Source: Sphyrna mokarran
Lineage: Eukaryota
NCBI GenBank assembly: GCA_024679065.1
Contig: JAGIQG010000022.1
Location: 16,120,001-16,184,000 of the forward strand
Reading direction: 5' to 3'
Length of the DNA stretch: 64,000 nucleotides
Shown: piece after piece, positions 1 to 13,639 of the stretch
Layout of the letters: every line of letters begins with the position of its first letter
How positions within the stretch are numbered: the first letter of the stretch is position 1
Translations under genes and position numbers: made by a program
The notes under the pieces: model-generated
What the model was told of the DNA's origin: nothing
Database searches by the model: none
The model's input: only the letters and a program-made list of their open reading frames with translations

Positions 1-643
1 AGATTGCCTGATGCCCTTTTGTGAGTATGAGCTTGGGGTAGAAGCTTAACGATATTGACAGAGCAGATCGTTCATTCTTTTGTCTTTTCTGGACAGCCTG
101 GAGGAGAATCCTCAGGGAGGCTTTGCTGAAATGTGGTGCTGATGGTTTGGTTTTTATTAGTGCCTGGATTCTACATGCAATAGAACACTGACTGTCCAGG
201 GTACTGCATACTTAATCAATAGAATAGTGAAAATCATGAATGTTCCACTGTCCCGCTGCTCAGTGGAAATCACACTAACCTTTCTGCCTGCTACTGCACT
301 TAGTCTTCAGAATGGAAAATTCCACCCTGTGATACAAATAACATATATCTAATATATTGGCCAAAATACTCTGACTGTTCCCACCACTGGGATCTTCTAT
401 TTCTGCCGACATGATCCCCCCATAGGATCCCTGGCAACAGACGGTACAAATAACAGGAGTGCCTCTGGAAAACACGCTGGGGAATGGGCAGAATATCCTA
501 CTGATTGTATTTTGTGTTGTTTTGAAAAATTAGTTATTTCTGCTTTGAGTCACTGTTACAAAATATGTTACATAAAATGCCACATTATTTACAGTACTGA
601 CCTTGATCCATAAGTAAACATATAAAATTATGGTATTCTGTAC

Positions 644-724
644 CTGAGTTCCAGTCCTCAATCTCGTTACCGGAGCGTGGATTTTTATCCCTTTTAGCTG
701 AATCACTTCTACAGTGACTTCATC
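644..724 (-). CDS. NUP210L: NUP210-like exon 20/20 (gene continues past window start)
   Basis: DEVTVEVIQLKGIKIHAPVTRLRTGTQ; caaaag acceptor, gtacag donor; 81 nt. Confidence 0.9.
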
Positions 725-1558
725 CTTTTGTCAAAACATAAAACTCCAGTTACTCTTAAGAATCTTATATTTGTATAACCCTTTGGAAGCTGTTGATTGA
801 TGTATGTAGCTTTAAAGTACACGTACATCCCAGCCTTCTGAAAAAAGCTGCTTGTACACTATTTAAAAAGCAAACAAGTCAGTGCATTAAACGGGCACAA
901 AATAACTACAGTACTTGTAGAAAAAAGTTAGTCACCTTCACTTACGTAATTATTTTTAGGTCTTCATCAAAATCTAAAACATTTAAATGAGAACAACTTC
1001 AGTTTCAAATAAAACCTACAAAGTAACTGTGGAACACAAATCTCTACCCCCACCCAACACCTCCCTATTGCCCCAACAGTGGTCACTGCTCACAGTGACA
1101 CTGCTGTTTAACAAGCAAGCTAGCCGGTAACTCCATGTTAGGACTTTGTTCAGACTGAGCGGTGGATGTTCCACCTCCAGGTTGTCGAAGGGCTGACTTT
1201 AATAGGGGGAAGAATGTGTTCCCCACCAACTTTTCAGGTGGCCAGGTGGGACATTCCATTAAATTTTGTTCAATAAGTACAGCAATTAGTTTGAATAAAC
1301 GTCATTCCTCAAACACATGGGTTGGAATTCCAAAGTTGTCACGCCGGTGGTGAGGCCAGAGAATACCATCCTTAAATTTAGGGCAGAAAACATTAAATCT
1401 CACACTTTATGTAATACATTGAAATGGTAGAAGATGAATATCTAATCCAATCTCCCATTATCCAGCATAAATTTTGGAAGGTAAAACTTAAAAGCTTTAA
1501 AAGGAATTCATCTTTCATCTGTTCTTTCTTTTACAGCAGATCTCTGTCACAAATTAGA

Positions 1559-1658
1559 GCCGGGATTCTCCGATCCCGCTGCAATGAATGGAGATTCAAC
1601 TGAGCACCAAATTCTCAGTTCTCGCTGAAGCGGTGGTGGGGTGCAGGAGAATCCCAGC
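1559..1658. mobile_element. MITE-like element of about 100 bp
   Basis: Terminal inverted repeats gccgggattctcc / ggagaatcccagc; similar short elements at about 4568-4685, 12545-12640 and 56925-57050. Confidence 0.6.
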
Positions 1659-2546
1659 CTAGATGGTGTGTCTATAAAGTTGATCTCCAAAATTTACAAT
1701 GGGATTCAAACATTTCTTATTTCTATTCATTAGAAATTACCATGCAAAATTTTCACATCAAGATAAAATAGACTTAACATGATTGCTGAAACACAAAATT
1801 GAAGGTTGAGCACATCACTTATTCAAGTTCGGACATACTCTCTCTGCCAAGGTCATCAGAAACATTGCTCACAACACTGACTCCTTTACCCCACCACAGG
1901 CATTTTTAAGACCAATCAGTGACATTTTGACAATCATTGGGTGGGAAGGTGATTGCTTTATTAATTAAGTTAAATATTACATGTGTAATTTTACCAGAAT
2001 AAATAATAACAAATCATCATTTAAATAAATTTTATCATTCTTAAAATGCTGCAAGAATGTTTCAAGAATCAGAAGGGTAATAACTCAGGAAGCCAATTGG
2101 AAAGGAATGGTGTTTTATTTAATAAAACAGAAGTAAACAACAAGCTGTGCTGCATGCATACAAATCCTATCTGGGATGATAGAATTATGGATCCACTCAG
2201 AAGCCCTTTTATAAAGGACTTGGGATATGAGTTTCACCTGTTTTCGTAATTACCTATCACCAGAGGAACTTGTATTCCATAAGTCCCACTGCGAGATCCT
2301 TCCGCAATTCCTGGGGGGTTATCAGAAGAAGACGGATAATCTTTCTACAACTACTGATTTTTTTTGGTTGGAATTCACAAAACCAGAGACAGTAAATGTA
2401 AACCTCATTAATTTACTTTTGATTGGCAAAAATGATAAGAAGCCTTTGATGCATGAAACCAATAGCCCTTATTTCATGAACCAAATTAAAAGTGGGGTCT
2501 TTGGGTGGAACTCTACATCAGACTCAATGGCAAGAAGTAATATTAC

Positions 2547-2726
2547 CTTAGAGAAAACAACTACCCTTCCTGTGTCATCGTCGACAGCTTGGACAATACC
2601 AGTCACTTTTGCAGTTCCCACCATCAGGGCAGTCAGCTGCCCTAATTCATTCACCTTGGCAATGGTGTTATTATTAATTGAGAAATAAATATTTGACTGT
2701 GGTTGTGGACCACCTTCAGACATCAC
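2547..2726 (-). CDS. NUP210L: NUP210-like exon 19/20
   Basis: VMSEGGPQPQSNIYFSINNNTIAKVNELGQLTALMVGTAKVTGIVQAVDDDTGRVVVFSK; ttgcag / gtaata; 180 nt. Confidence 0.95.
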
Positions 2727-4834
2727 CTGCAATCAATTGCAACACGTGGATTAGAAAATGCTAATTTTCTTTATGAAACAAAGCTTGTAATCAACATCTC
2801 TCAAAATAAAAGAATGTTCATTACTTTTCAGATTAAATTCTTTTCCCTAGATATTTTCACAACGGATTTAGCTTACTGTTTTCTCATACATGCAATTGTC
2901 TCTGGGACATTCATGTGTAAACAACATTAGTTTAAAGGATACAGGAGATAATTCCTCACAAATTTTCTCTTTGTGAATTTACTTACTTCCCCATCTTTAT
3001 ATCTTATTGCCAACAAATCTATTTCCAGTCCAATCAGAGGCAGCAGAATTCCCTCTGTAATTCCAACATTCTTGATTTTTACTTTAATTTCCCTTTGCTA
3101 TTGACTGATTAGATTCTAATTGGTGCTGATGCCTGACGGCAGAAGATTAGAAATAAAGGTTCAGGTGACAATGAATTGATGTTTTGTCGCTCTTTGGATC
3201 ATTGCCATTTTTTACTTTAATACAGCTTACTGGGTGGAAAAACTTATCTTTCTATACTTTCATATTCTGTACAAGGAGGCCTCATGCACAGTAGATAGAG
3301 TTCCTGCTTCTGAGCCAGAAACTCTGGATTCGAATACCATTCCAGGGCTTTATGGCCAAAGGTATGTTCATACCATAATCAAAGAGATTGACCATCAGTT
3401 TGCAAATCCTTCCAATCAACAATACAGCAACACTCTTATGTAATACGTAATGGGAGAGATTCCTGGTCAGCCATGTGATGGAAAGAAACTGCAACCCCTT
3501 CACTAACCATAGCTCCAAACTACAACATGCATGTAGAAGTTTATGTTGCCACAACAACTTGGATTCCTTTTGGGAACTAGTTGGCTCAGTAGACTGGACA
3601 GCTAGTGTGGATCAGATTGATGCCAATAGCACAGGATTTGATCCACATTCCAACTAGGAGGGATTCAGGACCTGCCTTCTTATCCGAACAGTAGTGCAGA
3701 TTGCGGTGCTTTGGGTCAGACACATCTTGTGAACTGAAGAAGAATATTCTATACACATATCAGAAGCCCTTTAATAAATCCTGGTACTTCTTGATGTAGA
3801 AACATGTAAAATTTAAATGTTCTTCTCTTTGTATCAAATTTAGAAATATAATTCTGAGATGAATTGCATTCACTAATTTAAATAATGTATATGTTCTACA
3901 AAAGGCCATTCACCTTATAGCACAGATAATAGCATTGCATACAATAATTAATGAAGATTTCGCTGATGATTGTTAGAAAAATATATTTGGACATGTTAAA
4001 AATATCATTATAGTCACCTCAGTATTCAGTAGTTAACATGCTTACTTCAGAATTGCCTGTTTATTCTCAGAACCTCATAATGGGCTTTGCTGGCTCTTAG
4101 CTAATTTGTGATTTGAACTATCAAACAATAGAGACATTTAGGGCTAATGAAGGAAATTTTGTGAATGCTATGTTACAGTTCAGTAAGTCAATAACCAAAC
4201 AAATGCATGGGAGCCACAAAGGTACACTGAATAAATTAGGGCCATCTTGAGGTACAAACAAATGCAAGTTCTTCCATTTCTTGTTGGTCCATTTCAGCTA
4301 TCTCAATTAACATCAATAATTTACTCAAAAATGGAATTGAGGTTAGCCAAAGCAAATCTTCTAGTGGCTTCAAGCAGGTATAAAGCGCAATTCTAAACCT
4401 ACTAACATCAATTTCCCATTTAATAAGACAAAAATAAGGCCAGTACAGTATGTATGAAAACCAGTACATAATATTGTGCAGTTTTTCCAGAGCATATTTT
4501 TAATATTTTATATAATTTACACTGTGCATCTCAAGTTCATCATAAGGTTCTCAATTATTAAGACCATGGCCAGAATTTTCTACTAGTTCACATCTCACTG
4601 CCATTGCAACAGAAGACAAGAGAATCCCTTCACTGCAATGGAATTGGAGAAGCTTGGCAGTGTGAACAGTGGAAAATCCAGTCCATATCTGTTATAAATG
4701 TACATTGGCTTCCAATCTTTTTTATGTTGATTTTATGCTATAATTCAGAAAACATTGGCCTCCATGAAATAGTAGTGTTCCTAAATCCTCTATTCATGCA
4801 AGAAGAAAACACGTATGAACTTATGTTTACTAAC

Positions 4835-4897
4835 CTGTATCATGCCACCAATGATCAATGTCACTTTCCGTGGGATTAATCTAAAAGGTGGGAAAAT
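4835..4897 (-). CDS. NUP210L: NUP210-like exon 18/20
   Basis: IFPPFRLIPRKVTLIIGGMIQ; cttcag / gttagt; 63 nt. Confidence 0.92.
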
Positions 4898-5754
4898 CTG
4901 AAGCCAATGTAAATTATAGGTTAGCATCATATGAGCAATCTTACAAATCCTCATTTAACTTTTTTTTATGCACAAATAAACTTCCACACAACATATACGA
5001 ATGCATTAACCCATGTTACTAATTTAGAAAACAACATGGTTCTATGACTGACACAAAAGCATAATGCTGCAAAGGCTGGACATCTGAATAAAAACAAAAA
5101 ACTGCTGGAAATACTCATCAGGTTAGGCTGTATCTGTGGACAAGAACAGGTTTGACAGTCAGAGTTTTATCGCCTTGCAGAATAGAATTTTCTGTTGGCC
5201 TTTGGCAGGATTTTACGAGCCTTGCCCGAGCGAGGTTATAAAATCCTGGCTGACATTTCAAGTTGGGATGATCTCTCAGTCAGAGTTAAAAGGGGGAAGA
5301 GTGCAGTGCTTAAGCTCTATTCTTCAGCATGTTACTCAGCCACGTTCTGTCCCTTTCCCGTGGTCTACGGCCAATATTCCACCAAGCAAGGAAACTGTAT
5401 GCTGTGTGGGACCCTGATTCCCACCATTATTTACATGATTTGGTAATGAAAGAACAGCTAACAGTTTATGTACCAGAAGAAAAATTTCTGGCAGGCCTCC
5501 ATGGTTTATTTTCTCACTGTTTCTGTATTCCTCCCAACTTGGGATAGTATACTGAAAAAAAAAATTGACACAAATATTCCCATAGAACACAGGCACTGCC
5601 ACTTCACTGTTCCGGGAAAGCATCATTCTATTGAAATTGTGCAATATGTCCTCAGGGTGTTCAAATCCATTAGTGTTTGCATTGCGTTTAAATTAAATAT
5701 ATATATGCCAATGCTAGCTAACTCGTATTCATGATAATAAAAGGAAACACTCAC

Positions 5755-5887
5755 TTCAATCTGACGTGGGGCAGAACTCAACTTTCGACCATTTTTGTCT
5801 CTAACAGTTGCCACAAGAGTGGTTTGACCCAAAGCCACAGCTCTAATTAAGTAACTTGCAGCATATTTATCTAAATCAGTAATTGTT
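5755..5887 (-). CDS. NUP210L: NUP210-like exon 17/20
   Basis: TITDLDKYAASYLIRAVALGQTTLVATVRDKNGRKLSSAPRQIE; tttcag / gtgagt; 133 nt. Confidence 0.93.
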
Positions 5888-7477
5888 CTGAAAATAAAAA
5901 CGTTTGTGAAAATGCAGTGATTTACGAAATATCTCGTAAATATTTACGAATAGTATAAATTATCCCAGCATAATGCTTAACACCAAAATTTTTCTTCAGT
6001 TTGGATAAATTCAGAGTTTGGATCTCTCCACATTAAATAATGTCCAAAGCACACAATACTCTTAAGTTAAGAAAATCAACTGATTTGCTGGTTATATGCA
6101 AAAGCATCCTTATCCCTTCCCATTCCAATATGAATTTCATCTTTAATCAATTGCAAATTGGGAGATTTGAAAATGGGATCTCGTTCAGCTGCTGGGGGCC
6201 TTGCCTGTTGGTTGAGAGCCGAAGAGAGATCTGTGCTGTCTTTTTATAGTAAGGCCCACTGCACCACAAAGCGCAGCCAGCTGTAGGAATCAAGACCCCA
6301 AGTACAGAGGTCTAACCTACTGAAAACTGCTGGCCACTGGAGGTGACAAGATGGCTGCACAGTTCTACCTGTTGCGCATTCTGTACGTCAACAGGCCTAT
6401 CCACCACTAGGTTAATTCTGGCATCTGTGAGATGGAGCCCTTAAGTGGTCAATAATCAGCAATTTAACAACTGCAACAGGTGGCAGGAAGGGAAGGTCAA
6501 CAATGGGCCTTCCCACCAAGAAATTAATTCTAGCAGAGGTGATAGGTTCTGGTTCCCTAACATTCAACTGCACGCCCTTCCCATTACCAATCTCTCCACC
6601 AGTGAAAGCAGAAGATTTTGTTTATGTATACAATTATAGGACTTCCACAAATTCGAAGTGAATTTTCAACAATCTATCAAGCACGTATATTGGAATTGAG
6701 AGTAGAATCTCTCAATATGCAGTCAATGGCTAAAGCTTCCCACTGGCATTACAAATCCAGCGAATTTCATCAATATTACTATTCTTATTATTATCCCTTA
6801 GCTCTTTTTACCTCCTCCTTATCTATTATTTTTGTTTGCCTTCTCTAGATCTCCATCGTTCTTTTTCACTTGTTTTTACTCTTTCATTTTCCTTGACTTG
6901 TTATTTTTCTCACATGTTTCATTTATGCAACTCTGTTTTCCCCTCCTATAGGTTCCTTTATTTCTCTTCTTTCTCATTTTACACTTTACTTTTAGACCTT
7001 CTCTTTAATACCTAAAATGAGATAGACCTGGTCACTGTGTATTAGTACCATCAATCCTTACCAGTGGGAGAATAGGATGAGGGTCAGTGTATAGGAAAAG
7101 ACAGCTTCAAGAGCCAGATAGCAGGCAGACCAGATGGGTCTTCGGCCCTCAAGCTTGAGCACTCCAGTATTACTAAGTAGTGAAAGTTAATATCAAGCTA
7201 TATAGCTACTGCTGCTGATGAATGTTTTTATACAACAATAAACAAATTGCAAAAGTTTGGGATTTTGTGACCCTGGCGCTCTGGCTTCTGTCATGACAAA
7301 TGCCACAAGTCAGCCAAAGATTCGTTGACAAGGGTGAGACCTGAAGATGCTGTCTCTGTTAGCCAGAAAATAATGACCTTTGAAAGAAATATGAATTTTA
7401 GCTCTGATATTTTTGGTTTGTCTTTTTAAAATGCCATTTTCAAACAATTATACCATCTGAGTCTTGCTCAATACTTA

Positions 7478-7639
<162 letters not shown>

Positions 7640-8038
7640 TTACAAACTCTGGCTCATTTTCCACCCTGGTCCCATACAGACTTCTTTACACTATTCATTG
7701 GCTGAGAGATTTTCTTTGAAACGTTCCTTACCCATCAAAGTGCTTTTGATTTTAATATTGTCGTTTAGAAGAACAAGGTTAATATTAGATTACAAATATG
7801 TAATCCCAAGGAAGTTAACCGCATGGAGCTTTAAGTTCTCTAATGTGTTTGGGAATGTTTATTCCATCAGAAAATAATTTAACACAAAACAGAAAATGTT
7901 GGAAAATCTCAGCCGATCTGATAGCATCTGTGGAGAAACAACAGCTTTGAGTCTGGGTGACCCTCATACATTGCTCAGAAGCAGTAATAGCATAACATTA
8001 CGTTTTTCATTATATTTGCATATTTACAATGCACTTAC

Positions 8039-8167
8039 CTTATGAATAAGATCTAGCTCAAAATCTAATACATCTGAAACATAGATTTCTGCTCTGGCTG
8101 GACCTTTGCACGTCAGGCATAGATCATATGCTTTCATTGTCACAATTCCAGATTGTAGTGGCCTTAT
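8039..8167 (-). CDS. NUP210L: NUP210-like exon 15/20
   Basis: IRPLQSGIVTMKAYDLCLTCKGPARAEIYVSDVLDFELDLIHK; ttgcag / gtaagt; 129 nt; preceded by a 77-nt intron. Confidence 0.93.
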
Positions 8168-8244
8168 CTGCAACAACAGAGATAGGAGTGTCATTGCAAG
8201 CAAAACAAAAATGTAGAAAGACTTTCTAAGAAATTGATACTAAC

Positions 8245-8346
8245 TTGTACGTAATTTTTGGCCTCCAGATACTTGCTAGACAAAATCTCAGTGTCTGTAG
8301 TATTAACGAAAAAATATCCAGAGCCCTCAGTTAAATAAATTACTTC
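8245..8346 (-). CDS. NUP210L: NUP210-like exon 14/20
   Basis: EVIYLTEGSGYFFVNTTDTEILSSKYLEAKNYVQ; ttttag / gttagt; 102 nt. Confidence 0.92.
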
Positions 8347-9159
8347 CTAAAAAAATAAAACCTATGTTACTGGCATTGGCTAATTTAGAAATACACAGGT
8401 CCACAATTTAAATCATGTCCTTGGATTGTTCCAAAGTGCTTTTTTCAAACATAATCATTGTTGCTATAGAGGCATATGCAGGACAGCTAATTGGCACAAA
8501 GCTAGGATTTGTAAATAGTAAATAGTTTAACATGCAGTTTGTCCTGCTTGAAGTGGTTTCAGTTGAAAGAAGAATGTTATCTGAGCTCTTTCTGCAATTT
8601 TTTATAATCACCCGAACAGGTAGAAGCAGTCTCAAGTTAATGTTTCAACTGAAAAAAAAAGCAGAAATAGATCATTCAGTCTCTCAGGCCATCTTGTTTG
8701 GTTTCACTGTTTTTTTGGCAAGTGGGTATTTCTGGCACATTCTTCATCTCTAATAGCCCTTGAGAAAGTTATGGCAACCCACCCCCTTGAATATGACTGA
8801 ATGACTTGCTAGACCACTCAAATGATAACCACCCAGCTGTGTGTCTAAAGTCACATATTGGCCAAATCAAGTTGGAATGGCATATTTCCATCGCTAAAGG
8901 ATATTAGTGAACCAGAAAGGTTTTCACTACAATCCAGTAGCTTCATGGTCTCTGTTACTGTTATTCCAAACGCATTTATTTGAATGAATTTAAGTTTTTC
9001 AGGAAATACAATCATGTTTCAGGGGGTTGTTAGTCAAGGCTTCTGGACTATTAATCCAGCAACATAACCACTATACTATCACCTACTTTTAGACTCTTAG
9101 CTTAAAAAAAACTTATTTCAAATTTTAAATGATTAAAGATAAAAACTTGCACTCAACAA

Positions 9160-9475
9160 CATGGAGACAGGCCCTTCGTCCCAAACTGGTCCATGCCAAT
9201 CAAAAGACCTAGCTAAGCCAACTCCATTTGCCTGCGTTTGGCCCATATCCCTCCAAATCCTTTCTATCCATGTATCTGTCCAAATGCCTTCTAAATGTTG
9301 TCAATATCCCTGCCTCAATCACTTCCTCTGGCAACATATTCCACATAAGTACCATTCTCTGTATAAAAATGCCACTTCTCGCTTTCCCCTCTTCACCTAA
9401 ACCTATATTCTCTAGTCCTCGATTCCCCAACATTGGGAAAAAGACTGAGGCATTCACTCTATCCATGCCTCGAAG
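9160..9475 (-). mobile_element. CR1 LINE 3' fragment
   Basis: GMDRVNA...FIQRMVLMWNMLPEEVIEAGILTTFRRHLDRYM plus 3' UTR. Confidence 0.85.
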
Positions 9476-9720
9476 CAAAGGGTTATGTAGGTTTTTCACA
9501 AGAACCAGATGTGTTTCAAAGTGGTTTATAGTCAATGAAGTACTTTTGAAGTACGTCACTGTTGCAATATAGAAAATACGACAGCCAAAATGGGCACAGC
9601 AGACTCCCCAAAGCGACAATGTGCTAATGACCTGATAATGTGTGTGTGTGATGTTGATAGATAAATAGTGGCTGGGGCACTAATATAACTACCCTGTTCT
9701 TTTTTTAAAATAGCATGGGA
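9476..9720 (+). mobile_element. Deu-domain SINE fragment (SacSINE1-like)
   Basis: aatgaagtacttttgaagt...cagccaaaatgggcacagcagactccc segment; related pieces near 25380-25500 and 56100-56400. Confidence 0.5.
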
Positions 9721-11060
9721 GAGAATTTCACAGTTCTACCAGCTTTTGTATGAAGTGGTGTCCTACTACATTTCTTCTGAATGGTCTGACTCAGATTTTA
9801 AGGTTATGTTGCCTTATTCTAGACTCTCCAACCAGCAGAATACATTTCTCTATCAAACCTATCAATTCCTTTCAAAATTATAAAATCCCAAACGAATCTA
9901 TATTTAATCATCTATGTCTCAGGCCATGTAAACCAAGTTTATGAAAGTTCTCCTTCTAACCTAACCTTTGGATCCAGGGAACACTGCACTTCAGACCTTG
10001 CAAGGCTGATATATCCTTTTAGATGCCTAGAACTGCACACAATCCTCCCAGTGATGTCTAACCAGGCTTTTGTATATCTTTGAAGCCAAATGTCCTTCTT
10101 ATTCTAACATTCCAGCCAATCAGTTCTTTCAAATTTCACTTGTACCTGATTACTATATTTCAATGATCTGTGTGCTAGGGCCCTAAATTTTGGAATTCCA
10201 CTCTTCCTAACTTTCCACCATTTAAATAACATATAATAATAATCTTTCCTTTTTAGTCAAAAATGAATTATTCCATTCATACCTGCATTGAAATATATTT
10301 GTTACAACTTTGCCTAATTAATCGATCAATACTCCTTTGTAATTTTATATTTCCATGCATACAACATACACTACCAACTTTTGGGTTATCATTAAACATG
10401 GATAGTTCCACAAAGCATCTTATTAAGGAAGTTTGAAGCTGTTGTTTATTCAAACCTGATAAGGCAATGATTAGTGATTATCTGACTTAGCGGTGTCACT
10501 GCTATAGACCAAATCAGGTTGATATTCAGTAATTTTATTATGAAATATAAGGCTAACTTATCGTCTGGGTGTGGATGCTGTTTGCTAATGGCCACACTTT
10601 TTTTTGGAAGAAGTCTGATTTTCCTTTGTACTCCAGATCCTGCATCATTTTCCTGTGGCCTTTCTGTGGTTCAGGAATACCTAGTTTGCAAAATAGATCC
10701 CCCCCATCCTTGCTGAGGTCAGGTACTCCGTTTTAAATGTGGCCCAAATATTGGACTTGCATCTATACAATTTAATTCATGATGATCACATAAGTAAAAT
10801 TTAATCTTTTCCTACATGGGTTTCAGAAATCATTATCAGAATTCCATAATCAGCATTCCAAAATTTAACTTGCTTAGAATTAGAACATGATAATTGATTA
10901 TTCAGTTTCTAAAATTGAAGTCAAAGACTCATACAATCATTTTGTGCACTGTATTCCTTCAATATTACCCATAGCGTATTTAATCTATTGGATTTTCACG
11001 AAAATGCTTATTGTTCTATAATATCATTACATATTTTTGAACAATTAAAGCACGTCTTAC

Positions 11061-11165
11061 CAAAATATCAGGATGATTGTACACAGTAAGATCTTTGGGT
11101 ACTAAAGACACATCATCCACCAATAACAAATCAATAGTGGTTGTTACTGGCAAAAACAAAACATC
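11061..11165 (-). CDS. NUP210L: NUP210-like exon 13/20
   Basis: DVLFLPVTTTIDLLLVDDVSLVPKDLTVYNHPDIL; ttgcag / gtaaga; 105 nt. Confidence 0.92.
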
Positions 11166-11529
11166 CTGCAACGCAAAACAAAAATGAACTTATCTGACAT
11201 GTATATAAGGGTGAAATGGGTTTAGTATTATTTAAAACATTTACTTTACAGGTACAAAGAGTACGTGTTACACCTCTGTAAAGAATCTTACACAAAGAAC
11301 TCAGATCTACCAACCTGTGCATCCATTCCAGTTTTTTCTTGAACTGCAACACGTTATTGGAAACAGAAAATGCAAACATGTTTCATTTTTGTTCAATCTC
11401 TAGTAAAGAACATATTCATTTGATAATTTACCTTAAAAAAAAAATTTGCTTAATGTCTGGGATTGGCTGCCTCTTATATCACAACAGATTTGATTGACTA
11501 TAGCATCAAGGAACCCAAATAAAATTTAA

Positions 11530-13305
11530 AACCTTGGAAAAGCTGTTTATTGGTTAGAGTCATACCTATCACAAAGGAAGATGGTTGTGGCTTCTGGAGT
11601 CCAATCATCTCAGCTAATCACAATAGTAATCTGTTAAGGCAGAGTCCTAAATTCAATTATCTTCAACTGTTTACTACCTTACTTTCACTCCATCATATGG
11701 TCAGAAGTGGGAATATTTCCTGATGACGAAACAGCATTTACATCTGCAACTCCCCAGTTAATGATGCTGTTCGTGCCTACATGCTGCAAGACCTGAACAA
11801 TACTTAGGACCAATAGGTAGCAAATAACATTTCTCCCACACAAATGCCAGGCAATGTCCACCTCCAAGGACAGGTTAACCATCTCCCCACGACATTCAAA
11901 GGCATTATGCTAAATGCCTGATTGTAAATATCCTGGAAGTCACCATTAACCAGAAATGTAACTGGGCTCAACCAGTTAAACCACATAAATACTTGAGATT
12001 GGGAATTCTGCAACAAGTATCTCACTTTCTGACCCTCAGAGTCTGTCTACCATCTATAAGCCACAATTTAGGAGTGTGATGGAATATGCTCCACCTTTCT
12101 GGATAATTGTAGCTTGAACAAAACCCAAGAAGCTTGACACCATCCAGCAGAAAGCAGCTTATTTGATTGGCAGCCTACATCCACCGCCTTAAATATTTAC
12201 TCCCTTCATCATAAGCTGCAGTTTGTACCATCGGCAGAATGTACTGCAGCATAGCACCTCTTTAGATATTTTAAACCCCTGATCTCAAACATATAGAAAC
12301 TTCTGGGACAAGGATCACAGCTGTATTTTAACATCTCGAAGTGCAAATTCTCCTCCAAGTCACACACCATCCTGACTTGGAAATATATTGCTGTTCCTTC
12401 ACTGCTGCCAGGTCAAACTCCTGGAATACATATTAGGGATCAGATCAGAAACTCCAAGGTATATTACAAAGTTAGCCTAAAACCCACAAATTTGATTTTG
12501 GCATAAGAGGTTTGTAAGGAGTAAACTTTTACAACCTTGCTTGAGTGAGACTAAAAATTCCCACCAAGGTCAACAGACATTTCTGTTGTCCACCCCTTGC
12601 CTGCTTTGATTCTGTGGTGGGCAAGGTGGTAGAATTCTAGTGAAGGTGTTTCACTCCAGGAATGATTTGATTGACCTACTAGGAAGCTTTTATTAAAATA
12701 AACATTATTTAGATTTCCATACTTCTAACCCCTATGCACAAATACAGAAAGACATCTACCTTCTAACTCCCATACAGCAGTTTTCAGAGAAAGAACTACC
12801 TTCAAGCAGCACAGAAAGAGACCTAGTTTCTGGCAGTACCCAGTCTCCAGAAAAGGCAAGAGCTACTTCTCTATACAGCTCTCAAGCAGCAACTGCTCAA
12901 GGTTTCTCTGTGAGCTTAGCTCCATCCAGTCACATGATTCAAGCCCCATGCTGAAAAACCTAAGGGGAAAACACTAAAATAACAACCTGCATTAGTCCAG
13001 ATTAAAACAAACATTTTAGCAACGAAGATTAATTATGCTGCTGCAGTAACAAATAGGGCTGCTGGATATAGACAAAGCAGCACTGATAATAAAATAAACC
13101 TCTAAAACAAATCCTGCACAAGAAACATAAACCAAATATATTTCTTAAAGACACAGTATCATCACACCTAACAACACTGAGATGTAATTACATGGCAAGG
13201 GTTGTTGAAGTTACAAAGGCAGATCAGCATCACTATTGCAAGGGCAATCATGGGACGGAATCAATCTATCCTTGTCAGCAATGCCTAAATCTCATGAATG
13301 AATAA
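11530..13305 (+). mobile_element. Old L2/CR1-group LINE 3' portion, split by an insertion at 12429-13166
   Basis: RT remnants; the 3' segment caccatcctgacttggaaatatat recurs at 43335-43560, where the flanks are contiguous. Confidence 0.6.
12429..13166. mobile_element. Probable solo LTR
   Basis: About 740-bp non-coding insertion interrupting the LINE 3' end; ends in ...catcaca. Confidence 0.45.
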
Positions 13306-13639
13306 AAATATTTTCTGTCAAATAATAGCTTCATTGCTGTCTGATTAAAATATCCACATGCTATTCATAAACAAAAGGCCAGAGGTTAGCCATTGACGAT
13401 TAAAAAGGCTGCAACCTAATCTTCCAATCTTACCTCCTTCCTTACATGCTCTAATTTTAAGCTGCTCTTTTCAACCCACTAGAGAGACATCCGCCAAGGT
13501 AAAGAAGAATTGGGTCAGAAGTGGCTCAGAAGGGATTATTTTTTCAACAAGTTTTTTTGTTATTGGTTTTTTTTGTGGCTAAGAAACAAGTGTTTCTTCT
13601 TCACTGGACCCCATAGCTTGGGTCAGCCATGTCCTGGGC

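Noticed and set aside
2227-2688. 153-aa plus-strand ORF
   Set aside because: Antisense shadow of exon 2547-2726; no recognisable homology.
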